NCBI GenBank assembly: GCA_964401865.1
Contig: CAYNZZ010000007.1
Location: 35,162 to 67,161 of the forward strand
Reading direction: 5' to 3'
DNA: 32,000 bases
From: an uncultured Erysipelotrichaceae bacterium
GTDB lineage: Bacteria > Bacillota_I > Bacilli_A > Erysipelotrichales > Erysipelotrichaceae
A program made the position numbers and the translations under genes. Shown here in pieces: positions 1 to 7,946 of the stretch (positions are counted from its first letter, which is position 1; each line of letters opens with the position of its first letter). The notes under the pieces were generated by a model. That model was not told where the DNA came from. It did not search any database and saw nothing but the letters and a program-made list of their open reading frames with translations.

Positions 1-250
1 TATAACCCTTTTCATCTTTTTCAGTTTCATTAGCTTCATGCTTAGCACTAATGCTCAGGTAACCATTCTTCAAATCAACACTAATATCTTCTTTTTGATA
101 CCCAGGCAATTCGACATCAATAATGTAGTTACCATCTTTTGAATGAATATCAGTTTTCATAATAGATGACATACCCTTTGTAAAGGAATTGTTAAACATG
201 TCATCAAATACATCAGCAAATAAATCGTAATTTCTTGGTACTAATTTCAT
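1..250 (-). CDS. Small heat-shock protein, Hsp20/alpha-crystallin family (N-terminal part only; gene runs off the left edge)
   Basis: Absent from the ORF track because there is no stop in the window. My reverse-strand translation from the ATG at 250..248 reads MKLVPRNYDLFADVFDDMFNNSFTKGMSSIMKTDIHSKDGNYIIDVELPGYQKEDISVDLKNGYLSISAKHEANETEKDEKGY. The MKTDI...Y..D(V/L).LPG..KEDI....GxL.I.A pattern is the classic Firmicute Hsp18/Hsp20 start of the alpha-crystallin domain. A GAGG Shine-Dalgarno lies about 8 nt upstream. Confidence 0.85.
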   Translation of the reverse strand, partial: MKLVPRNYDLFADVFDDMFNNSFTKGMSSIMKTDIHSKDGNYIIDVELPGYQKEDISVDLKNGYLSISAKHEANETEKDEKGY

Positions 251-328
251 CTTTACCGCCTCTTTTCTTATGTTAAACAATAATGAAATTCTACCTAGGC
301 TAGTTATCTTTAACCAACCTACAACTAT

Positions 329-356
329 ATAATAGCACTATTATTAGCACTGTCAA
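329..356 (-). promoter_or_regulatory. Putative sigma-A promoter of hsp20
   Basis: The minus strand reads TTGACA (356..351), a 16-nt spacer, then TATTAT (334..329). The -35 sits inside the CIRCE spacer, which is the usual repressor-occlusion geometry. Confidence 0.5.
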
Positions 357-370
357 TAGTAGAGTGCTAA
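344..370 (-). promoter_or_regulatory. CIRCE operator (HrcA binding site) upstream of hsp20
   Basis: The plus strand reads TTAGCACTG-TCAATAGTA-GAGTGCTAA. The consensus is TTAGCACTC-N9-GAGTGCTAA, so this is a 9-N9-9 inverted repeat with one mismatch. It lies about 95 nt upstream of the hsp20 ATG and overlaps the putative -35. Confidence 0.85.
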
Positions 371-484
371 TAATTTTTATATTTTTTCATGTGTTTGAAT
401 AACGATATAGTTTCCGAACTAGAACTTAAAATTTCTTGCGTATTTAAATATCCGTTAATCTTGATAATTTAAAACCGTCCTTTT

Positions 485-493
485 TGATATAAT
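485..493 (+). promoter_or_regulatory. Extended -10 promoter element (TGaTATAAT) immediately upstream of rsmG
   Basis: TGATATAAT occupies 485..493. The last T of the -10 lies 7 nt before A500 of the rsmG ATG. There is no Shine-Dalgarno in between, and no well-spaced -35 (TTGATA at 461..466 gives a 21-nt spacer). Confidence 0.45.
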
Positions 494-499
494 AATGTC

Positions 500-1198
500 A
501 TGCACGAAAATGAATTTATAAATAAATTAAAAGAAAATGATATTGTGTTAGATGAAACACAAATCGAACAATTTAGGACTTATGCAGAATTTCTTGCTGA
601 ATATAATGAAAAAATCAACTTAACCGCTATAACTAAAATCGAAGAAATATATGAAAAACATTTTTATGATTCTTTGATTTCAAGCTTTGGTAAAGAACTA
701 AAAGGTACTTTAGTCGATGTGGGAACAGGTGCCGGCTTTCCAGGAGTGGTATTAAAAATTGTTTATAAAGATTTAAAAGTAATATTGGTTGAACCGCTTA
801 AAAAAAGATGCACCTTTTTAAATGAATTGATTGATAAACTAAAACTTGAAAATATAGAGGTGGTCAATGAAAGAGGCGAAGAATATTCTCTGTTGCATCG
901 TGAAGAATATGATTTTGTTACTGCAAGAGCTGTTACCAATTTATCGGCGCTTATTGAGATATGCGGAGCAATGGTAAAAGTGAATGGTTATTTCTTGGCT
1001 TTAAGAGGTTTAAATGGTCAAGAAGAATTGAAAGAAGCTAAAAATGCTATTGCAAAGATGAGTTTTAAAGTTGATGAAGTAAAAGAAGAAGAATTGTCTG
1101 ACAGTTCAAAAAGAGTAATTGCGTACTTGAAAAAGACTAAAGCCAGTCCATTAAAATTTCCTAGGAATTATAGTATGATTAAAAGGAAGCCGCTATGA
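500..1198 (+). CDS. rsmG: 16S rRNA (guanine527-N7)-methyltransferase RsmG (GidB)
   Basis: 232 aa. The N-terminus aligns residue for residue with my memory of B. subtilis RsmG (MxxxEF...L...QxEQF..Y...L.EWNEKINLT.IT....Y.KHFYDS). The SAM motif VDVGTGAGFPG is present. The stop overlaps the next start (ATGA). Confidence 0.92.
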   Translation: MHENEFINKLKENDIVLDETQIEQFRTYAEFLAEYNEKINLTAITKIEEIYEKHFYDSLISSFGKELKGTLVDVGTGAGFPGVVLKIVYKDLKVILVEPLKKRCTFLNELIDKLKLENIEVVNERGEEYSLLHREEYDFVTARAVTNLSALIEICGAMVKVNGYFLALRGLNGQEELKEAKNAIAKMSFKVDEVKEEELSDSSKRVIAYLKKTKASPLKFPRNYSMIKRKPL

Positions 1199-1932
1199 GA
1201 GAGACAAAAAGAATTAACAGAGAATTGATTAACTGTGAGATAAAAGAGAGTGATTATCAGGATGAAAAAATTATCAGTTTAATTGAGGCGATCAAAAATG
1301 ATGTAGTTTTTAATACTATTACATTAAAAGAGAACAACGGAAGATATGATGTATTAGCTGATGAAAATGTATTAAAGGCTTATTTGATTAATGGAAACGA
1401 AGAAATCGAAGCCAATGTATTAACCGATGAAGATAATGCCGAAATAAATGCTACACTTTTGCAGAATATGCAAAGAGTTAAAAATAGTGTCATTGATGAA
1501 GCTTTGGCGATGGAAAAAATTATGGTTGATGAAGATATTACCCAAGTCAATCTGGCAAAAAGATTAGGTCTTAAACAATCGACAATCGCTAATAAGCTTA
1601 GACTTTTAAAACTTCCTGACTATGTTAAAAAGGCAGTGGATAATGGTATTTTAACTGAAAGACATGCCAGAGCATTGCTTAAAGTGGAAAGTGAAAAACT
1701 GGAAGATGTTTTTAATACTATTGTAAATAGAAAATACAACGTCAAAAAGACTGAAGAATACATTAAAGGTTTAAATATTCATTCAAATCGTGGTGTATCT
1801 AATAATGTAAGAATTGGTATCAACACAGTTGAAGAAGCATATAAATTATGTAAAAAGAGTGGACTTGACTGTGATTTTTCAAGCAGAGAGAGTGAGGATG
1901 AAATTAAAGTTATCATTCGCTTTAAAAAATAG
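1195..1932 (+). CDS. ParB/Noc-like DNA-binding protein with a degenerate N-terminal (CTP-binding) domain
   Basis: 245 aa, in the position Noc occupies in the Bacillus rsmG-noc-soj-spo0J arrangement. It retains the ParB helix-turn-helix (ITQVNLAKRLGLKQSTIANKLRLLKLP ... ERHARALL), compared with parB in this window (YTQEELAKRVAKSRSYITNTLRLLKLN ... YGHARALI). GERR is replaced by ADEN (nt 1357..1368) and the box I IRPNPxQPR is absent. Confidence 0.7.
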   Translation: MRETKRINRELINCEIKESDYQDEKIISLIEAIKNDVVFNTITLKENNGRYDVLADENVLKAYLINGNEEIEANVLTDEDNAEINATLLQNMQRVKNSVIDEALAMEKIMVDEDITQVNLAKRLGLKQSTIANKLRLLKLPDYVKKAVDNGILTERHARALLKVESEKLEDVFNTIVNRKYNVKKTEEYIKGLNIHSNRGVSNNVRIGINTVEEAYKLCKKSGLDCDFSSRESEDEIKVIIRFKK

Positions 1933-1944
1933 GGGAGTAAAGAT

Positions 1945-2724
1945 ATGGGGAAAATTATTGCGATTGCCAATCAAAAAGGCGGTGTCGGTAAGACTACAAC
2001 CAGTATTAATCTAGCATCTGGTTTAGCTTATTTAAATAAAAAAGTATTATTGGTGGATTTTGACCCGCAAGGTAATGCAACACAGGGAATTGGCCATTCA
2101 GTGCTACTCAATGACCTGACGGTGTATGATGCCTTGCTTGGACAAGCAGATATCGAAAAATGTATTAGTCAGGTCAAAAGGCCACCATTAGATATTTTAC
2201 CTGCCAATATTAACTTAGCTGGCGCGGATTTACAGATGATTAAAATTGAAGAAAATCGTGAGTGCCTATTAAAGAATATTCTGGATAAGATAAAAGATAA
2301 TTATGACTATATAATTATTGATTGTCCGCCATCTTTAGGCTTGTTGAATACCAATGCCTTGACGGCTGCTAATTCAGTAATGATTCCAGTTCAATGTGAA
2401 TATTATGCCCTGGAAGGTGTAACTCAGTTATTGCAGACCATTCGTCTTGTTCAGAAACTGTTTAATCCAGGACTTAGAATCGAAGGGGTACTGCTTACGA
2501 TGTTTGATCGTAGAACAAACTTATCGCAAGAAGTTTTCGATGAAGTGCATCAACACTTTAAAGAAAAAACTTACCATACATATATTCCAAGGAATATCAA
2601 ATTGTCTGAAGCACCATCACAAGGTAAATCAATATTTGATTATGATATGAACTCTGATGGAGCTAAGGCTTATGTCGCTTTGACAAAAGAAGTTATAAGC
2701 AACAATAAGGGAGAATGGAAATGA
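1945..2724 (+). CDS. parA: Chromosome partitioning ATPase ParA/Soj
   Basis: 259 aa. It has the deviant Walker A NQKGGVGKTTT, the DFDPQGN motif and IIIDCPPSLG. A GGGGAG Shine-Dalgarno lies 7 nt upstream. Confidence 0.93.
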   Translation: MGKIIAIANQKGGVGKTTTSINLASGLAYLNKKVLLVDFDPQGNATQGIGHSVLLNDLTVYDALLGQADIEKCISQVKRPPLDILPANINLAGADLQMIKIEENRECLLKNILDKIKDNYDYIIIDCPPSLGLLNTNALTAANSVMIPVQCEYYALEGVTQLLQTIRLVQKLFNPGLRIEGVLLTMFDRRTNLSQEVFDEVHQHFKEKTYHTYIPRNIKLSEAPSQGKSIFDYDMNSDGAKAYVALTKEVISNNKGEWK

Positions 2725-3599
2725 CAAAAGAGAAACGATTGGGTCGTGGTTTAAGTGCTATATTTGGTGATGATATAGATGCAGTATTGGATGATATCTC
2801 TAATAATGAAAGTGATATCAAAGGACAAAAAACTACCGTTAAATTATCCGAAATACGTCCTAATCCATATCAGCCTCGTAAAGTATTTGATGAAGAATCA
2901 TTAAAAGAGTTGGCTGATTCAATCAAAGAACATGGTGTATTTCAACCGGTATTAGTTAGAAAAAGCATCTCTGGTTATGAGTTGATTGCTGGTGAGAGAA
3001 GAACACGTGCCAGCAAGATGATCGGACTTGAAGAGATTCCGGCTATTATCTTAGATTTCAATGATCAGGAGATGATGGAGATTTCTCTTTTAGAGAATAT
3101 TCAAAGGGAAGATTTATCTATCATTGAAGAGGCAAAAGCCTATGAAAAACTTATTACCAATCTTCATTACACCCAAGAAGAACTGGCGAAAAGAGTGGCT
3201 AAGTCAAGAAGTTATATTACTAATACTTTACGTTTATTAAAACTGAATGTCGAAGTTCAAAAATTATTAGAGAATAAGAGTTTGAGTTACGGTCATGCTC
3301 GTGCTTTAATCAATATTGAAGATGAGGACAAACAAGTTGAATTAGCTAAGAAAGTTATTAGCGATAATTTAACGGTAAGAGATATCGAAAGATTGGCTAA
3401 TAGTGAAAAAACAGTGGTCAAGCCAAAGAAAAAAGATGTCGATCCATATTTACAGGATGTAAGACATCAATTGGAGAAGAAATTATCTACAAATGTTGAA
3501 GTGACAAATCGTCATTTCACCGTTCACTACAATGATACAGAAGATTTAAATCGTATTTTAGAATTATTAGATTGTTTGGAGGTTTCTTACGATGAATGA
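2715..3599 (+). CDS. parB: Chromosome partitioning protein ParB/Spo0J
   Basis: It has LGRGLSAIFG, box I IRPNPYQPRK, box II LIAGERRTRAS, box III ENIQREDLS and the helix-turn-helix. The ATG at 2721 (MTKEKRLGRGL) is better spaced from the GGGAGA Shine-Dalgarno and may be the true start. Confidence 0.93.
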   Translation: MEMTKEKRLGRGLSAIFGDDIDAVLDDISNNESDIKGQKTTVKLSEIRPNPYQPRKVFDEESLKELADSIKEHGVFQPVLVRKSISGYELIAGERRTRASKMIGLEEIPAIILDFNDQEMMEISLLENIQREDLSIIEEAKAYEKLITNLHYTQEELAKRVAKSRSYITNTLRLLKLNVEVQKLLENKSLSYGHARALINIEDEDKQVELAKKVISDNLTVRDIERLANSEKTVVKPKKKDVDPYLQDVRHQLEKKLSTNVEVTNRHFTVHYNDTEDLNRILELLDCLEVSYDE

Positions 3600-4818
3600 A
3601 TTAGAACTACTTAAAGAAATAGAGTATGTGCGTTTTGGCGGCACAAAACAAGAATACAAAACTGCTCTATGGATTAAAGAAAAATTAGCTGAACTTGGGA
3701 TTGATAGCAAGTACGAGCCATTTAAAGTAAATGCATCTGTCATTTCTAAACAGACATTAAAAGTTACAAAACCTTATGAAGAAGAAATTGAGACCAAGGC
3801 TTATTTCTGCAGCCCAAGTGTCAAAGAGCTAAAAGCACCTTTATATTATTGCCCAAATACTGATGAAATTTCATTGAGTAAAGTTAGAGGCAAGATAGTG
3901 ATGGTCGATGGATATTTAGGTTATTGGCGCTATAAGGATTTATATGATAATAAGGCAGTTGGTATTATTGTGCATAATGGCGATTTATATGATGACAACA
4001 AAGATATTGACCAAAGAGAAATCCGCGAACAGTTACAAGAAGTCGGTTTACTTCCAGTTGTTCAAGTAAATACTAAAGATGCATATAAACTTGTGCAAAA
4101 TGGTGCAGAAGAAGTATGTATTAGCATCGAAAGCAAAGATGTAAATGCTCAAAGTGGCAACGTTATATGCGATCTTAAGGGCAAGAGTGATAAAACTATT
4201 ATCTTTACTGCTCATTATGATTCGACATGGCTATCTAAAGGTGCATACGATAATGCTACAGGAACAATTGGTCTTTTAAAGATTGCTCAGTACTTTAAGA
4301 TTTATCGCCCATACCACAATTTGCGTTTTGTATTCTGTGGAAGTGAAGAAAGAGGTCTTTTAGGTTCTAAGGCTTATGTCAAAGCTCATGAAGAAGAATT
4401 AAAAGATATTGCCCTATGTATCAATCTAGATATGATTGGTTCTACAATGGGCCAATTCGGTGCTTTTGTAACTGCTGATAACGAACTGGTTTCATATGTA
4501 AAATATTTGGCATGTGAAAAAGGTTTCCCATTAACATCTATGCAAGAGGTTTATTCTAGCGACTCTACACCTTTTGCGGATAAAGGAGTTCCTGCGCTTT
4601 CATTTGCCAGAAATACGCATATTACACCTATTCATTGCCATCACGACACTATTGAATCTCTATCTTTGAAACACATGCAAGAAGATATTGAATTCATTAT
4701 TGAATTTACTAAGAGAATGGCTAATGCTAAAGTGTTCCCGGTTAAACATGAAATTCCAGAGAATATGAAAGAGCAGTTAGACATATATATGTGTCGTAAG
4801 AGAAATGATTTAAAATAA
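3592..4818 (+). CDS. M28-family zinc aminopeptidase with a PA (protease-associated) domain
   Basis: 408 aa. M28 metal-ligand and catalytic blocks are present: FTAHYDS, YDNATG, FCGSEERGLLGS, NLDMIG and a C-terminal H. The start overlaps the parB stop (ATGAATGA), with a GGAGG Shine-Dalgarno 9 nt upstream. Confidence 0.8.
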   Translation: MNELELLKEIEYVRFGGTKQEYKTALWIKEKLAELGIDSKYEPFKVNASVISKQTLKVTKPYEEEIETKAYFCSPSVKELKAPLYYCPNTDEISLSKVRGKIVMVDGYLGYWRYKDLYDNKAVGIIVHNGDLYDDNKDIDQREIREQLQEVGLLPVVQVNTKDAYKLVQNGAEEVCISIESKDVNAQSGNVICDLKGKSDKTIIFTAHYDSTWLSKGAYDNATGTIGLLKIAQYFKIYRPYHNLRFVFCGSEERGLLGSKAYVKAHEEELKDIALCINLDMIGSTMGQFGAFVTADNELVSYVKYLACEKGFPLTSMQEVYSSDSTPFADKGVPALSFARNTHITPIHCHHDTIESLSLKHMQEDIEFIIEFTKRMANAKVFPVKHEIPENMKEQLDIYMCRKRNDLK

Positions 4819-4831
4819 TCTTTAATAAAAC

Positions 4832-4877
4832 AAAACTAGAATTTAGGCAAAGCGTTTCTGAATTTTAGTTTTTTTTA
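4832..4877 (+). terminator. Rho-independent terminator after the par/M28 operon
   Basis: AAAACTAGAATT ... AATTTTAGTTTT forms a roughly 12-bp stem with one G-U pair, followed by a T8 run. The loop is long and could pair further (AAAGCGTTT). Confidence 0.6.
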
Positions 4878-4904
4878 AGTTCAAAAAGTAGTAGAATTAT
4901 TTCT

Positions 4905-6263
4905 ATGAAAACAAAAATTGACATTTTAAATGGTTCGATATATAAGACCATCCTTTATATCTTTTTCCCCATTATGTTTGGAAGCCTTTTTCAACAACTC
5001 TACAATACTGTTGATGCGATTGTAGTTGGCAATTTCGTCGGCAAAGAAGCACTTGGTGCTGTTGGCGGATCGACTGGGCAATTAATAAATTTATTAGTTG
5101 GTTTCATCACCGGTTTGGCATCTGGTGCAACGGTGGTAATTGCGCAATACTATGGCAACCGTGAAAGAGAAGGCGTAAGCAAGAGCGTTAAATCCGGCAT
5201 GTTTATGGCTATTGTCTTAGGAGCGGTTATGATGTTTATCGGCATTTACTTTGCACCTGAACTTTTACATATGATGCAAGTGCCTGATGATGTATATGGA
5301 TATGCTTTGACATATATGCAGGTATATTTTGTCGGTTTGATTCCTTCGATGATTTATAATATGGGCGCTGGTATTTTAAGAGCGATAGGCGACTCAAAAA
5401 GACCGCTTTATTTTTTGATTGCTTCATGTATTACTAATATCGTATTAGATTTATTGCTGGTGGTGGTATTTAATATGGAAGTATTTGGAGTAGCGATTGC
5501 TACTGTAATATCCCAAGTAGTTAGTTGTGTATTGTCACTATATGTTTTAAGCAAGACCGAAGACAGCTATCATTTCACATTAAAAGAGACATCGTGCAAT
5601 TTTGATGTCTTATCAAGAATAATTATTATCGGTTTGCCTACTGGCATTCAGTCTTGTTTATATAGTATTTCAAACATCTTTATTCAAACGACGGTCAATG
5701 GCTTCCAGACCGATACTCTTTCAGCTTTTACGGCATTTGGCAAAATTGATGCAATATTTTGGTTGATATCGGGAGCCTATGGCGTGGCATTAATGACTTT
5801 TGTCGGTCAAAATTTTGGGGCTGGCAATATGGACAGAGTTAAAAAAGGCATTAAAGCCGGATTTGTTCTTGAAGGGATTACCGCTGTATTGTTGAGTTTT
5901 GTTATGTATTTCTTTGGTTCATTTTTCATTATGCTTTTCTCAAAAGAGACAGCAGTCATCGAAATAGGTGTATCAATTCTTAAATTCCTATGTCCATTCT
6001 ATGTGGCTTTTATCTTTGTGGAGATATTGTCTTCAAGCATTAGAGCTTGTGGAGATTCCTTGTTTCCGATGATTATTTCTGGCGTGGGAATTTGTGGCTT
6101 TAGAATTATTTATCTATCTTCAGTTAATTTTTCAACCGTTTTAGAAGCCTTATTTTGTTATCCGTTATCTTGGGTACTCACAAGTATTATTTTCATAGTT
6201 TACTATATCCAAGGCTCTTGGTTAAAACGCAGTTTAAAAAAGCGCGAGATGTTAATGCGCTAA
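4905..6263 (+). CDS. MATE family efflux transporter
   Basis: 452 aa and polytopic. It has the typical MATE N-terminus PIMFGSLFQQLYNTVDAIVVGNFVGKEALGAVG and the RAIGDSKRP loop. Confidence 0.85.
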   Translation: MKTKIDILNGSIYKTILYIFFPIMFGSLFQQLYNTVDAIVVGNFVGKEALGAVGGSTGQLINLLVGFITGLASGATVVIAQYYGNREREGVSKSVKSGMFMAIVLGAVMMFIGIYFAPELLHMMQVPDDVYGYALTYMQVYFVGLIPSMIYNMGAGILRAIGDSKRPLYFLIASCITNIVLDLLLVVVFNMEVFGVAIATVISQVVSCVLSLYVLSKTEDSYHFTLKETSCNFDVLSRIIIIGLPTGIQSCLYSISNIFIQTTVNGFQTDTLSAFTAFGKIDAIFWLISGAYGVALMTFVGQNFGAGNMDRVKKGIKAGFVLEGITAVLLSFVMYFFGSFFIMLFSKETAVIEIGVSILKFLCPFYVAFIFVEILSSSIRACGDSLFPMIISGVGICGFRIIYLSSVNFSTVLEALFCYPLSWVLTSIIFIVYYIQGSWLKRSLKKREMLMR

Positions 6264-6268
6264 TTAAT

Positions 6269-6709
6269 TTAAGCAAAAAATTTTGCAATTTTAGAGATGA
6301 TGAATATGTTGGTTGTTTGATATGAACGCGCTTTGATACATGAGTATGTCGATAATATGACAATAGATAATATCACCAATAAGTACAATAAACTGATGAC
6401 AAAGTTCACAGTCTGATTGCTCAATAAACCTAGAGAGTTAGATAAAAGAACAATTATTTCAAACAAGATGGGCAGGGCAACATTTAAAATGATTGATTGA
6501 GTGGCGTGGAATCTAACCAAGTCACTCTTTTTTTCAAAGAAATAGAAAATAAAAGGCGAAAAGACCAAGATGTATCCGATAATGCTTGGCATAGTAATGA
6601 AACTGGCAATTACTAAATAGGCTAGTGGGATGAGATATGTGATCATGGAAATTACATTGGCATTTAAACCGAAAGTGGAGCTTTGATTATTTGTTTTTTT
6701 ACTAGGCAT
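6269..6709 (-). CDS. DUF4870-like small membrane protein
   Basis: 146 aa with about 4 TM helices. The EKKSDLVRFHATQS motif matches the family signature as I remember it. An AAAGGAG Shine-Dalgarno is present. The gene converges on the MATE gene with only 5 nt between the two stops. Confidence 0.6.
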   Translation of the reverse strand: MPSKKTNNQSSTFGLNANVISMITYLIPLAYLVIASFITMPSIIGYILVFSPFIFYFFEKKSDLVRFHATQSIILNVALPILFEIIVLLSNSLGLLSNQTVNFVISLLYLLVILSIVILSTYSCIKARSYQTTNIFIISKIAKFFA

Positions 6710-6775
6710 AACTATATTTCTCCTTTATAAATAAGAGCTTTTATTATATCATTAAAGACGGGGATGGTAAAAATT

Positions 6776-7927
6776 ATGGAAGATAATAAAGAAAAAATTA
6801 CTCTTACTCTCAACGCCAGTGCTGAGGAAGAGGAAGTAGAAGAAAACACAAAAGATATAGATATTGAACAAGTGGAGTTTGATGATAGTTCACTTTCTGA
6901 TGAAGAAAAAAAGATGGTTGATGATTTTTCAAAACAAATTGATATTATGGATACTTCAGCTATTATTCAATATGGAGCTGGTGCTCAAAATAAAGTTGCC
7001 GACTTTTCAGAGAACGCTTTGAAAAATGTTAAGACTAAAGAATTGGGTGACGTCGGCGATATGATGAGTGAATTGATCGGCGAACTCAAAGGCTTTGAGA
7101 TCGAAGAAAAAGATAATGGTATTTTAGGTTTTTTCAAAAAAGGGGCAAATAAAGTAACAAACTTTAAGACTCGCTATGACAGTGCTGCTAAAAATGTTGA
7201 TAAGATAGCCAAAGCTTTAGAAGATCATCAAATTGTTCTTTTAAAAGATATTGCCTTATTAGATCAATTATATGAAAAGAACTTAGTTAATTTTAAAGAA
7301 TTGACTATGTATATTTTAGCTGGTCAAAAACGTCTTGAAGAAATCAAAGAAAAAGATTTACCAGCCGCAATTCAAAAGGCTGAAAAAAGTGGTTTGCCAG
7401 AAGATGCACAAGCTGCTAATGACCTATCAAACGCCATCAATCGCTTTGAAAAGAAATTACATGATTTAGAGCTTACAAGAGTGGTATCGATTCAAATGGC
7501 ACCACAGATTCGTTTAGTTCAAAATAACGATACAATGATGACGGAGAAGATTCAGTCAACTCTAGTTAATACAATTCCATTATGGAAATCACAGATGCTT
7601 ATTTCTTTAGGCATTTCTCATTCTAAAGAAGCTATCAAGGCTCAAAACGAAGTTACAGAAATGACCAATAAGATGCTTAAACAAAATGCTGAAACTTTGA
7701 AAATGGCAACAATTGAAACTGCTAAAGAATCAGAAAAAGGAATTGTTGATATTGAGACATTGACTGAAACTAATAAGAAATTGATTGAGACATTAGATGA
7801 AGTTAAACATATTCAAGAAGAAGGAAGAGAAAAACGTGCTCAAGCTCAAGTTGAATTACGCAGAATCGAAACAGAGCTAAATCAAAAACTTGCTAACATT
7901 GAAGGAGAACAGAAAGGCGCAAAATAA
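6776..7927 (+). CDS. TelA/YaaN family toxic-anion-resistance protein
   Basis: The block LSDEEKKMVDDFSKQIDIMDTSAIIQYGAGAQNKVADFSENALKNVKTKELGDVGDMMSEL closely resembles my memory of B. subtilis YaaN; the rest is long and helical. The track start at 6764 is probably 12 nt too early: the ATG at 6776 is properly spaced from the GGGGA Shine-Dalgarno. Confidence 0.85.
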   Translation: MEDNKEKITLTLNASAEEEEVEENTKDIDIEQVEFDDSSLSDEEKKMVDDFSKQIDIMDTSAIIQYGAGAQNKVADFSENALKNVKTKELGDVGDMMSELIGELKGFEIEEKDNGILGFFKKGANKVTNFKTRYDSAAKNVDKIAKALEDHQIVLLKDIALLDQLYEKNLVNFKELTMYILAGQKRLEEIKEKDLPAAIQKAEKSGLPEDAQAANDLSNAINRFEKKLHDLELTRVVSIQMAPQIRLVQNNDTMMTEKIQSTLVNTIPLWKSQMLISLGISHSKEAIKAQNEVTEMTNKMLKQNAETLKMATIETAKESEKGIVDIETLTETNKKLIETLDEVKHIQEEGREKRAQAQVELRRIETELNQKLANIEGEQKGAK

Positions 7928-7946
7928 GCGTCTTTTGTATATACTT

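Noticed and set aside
251-499. The AT-rich divergent intergenic region next to rsmG as a possible oriC or DnaA-box cluster.
   Set aside because: I found no TTATCCACA-like boxes; the best match, TTATCTTTA, has 3 mismatches. The region is explained by the CIRCE/hsp20 promoter and the rsmG promoter, and dnaA/dnaN are not in the window.
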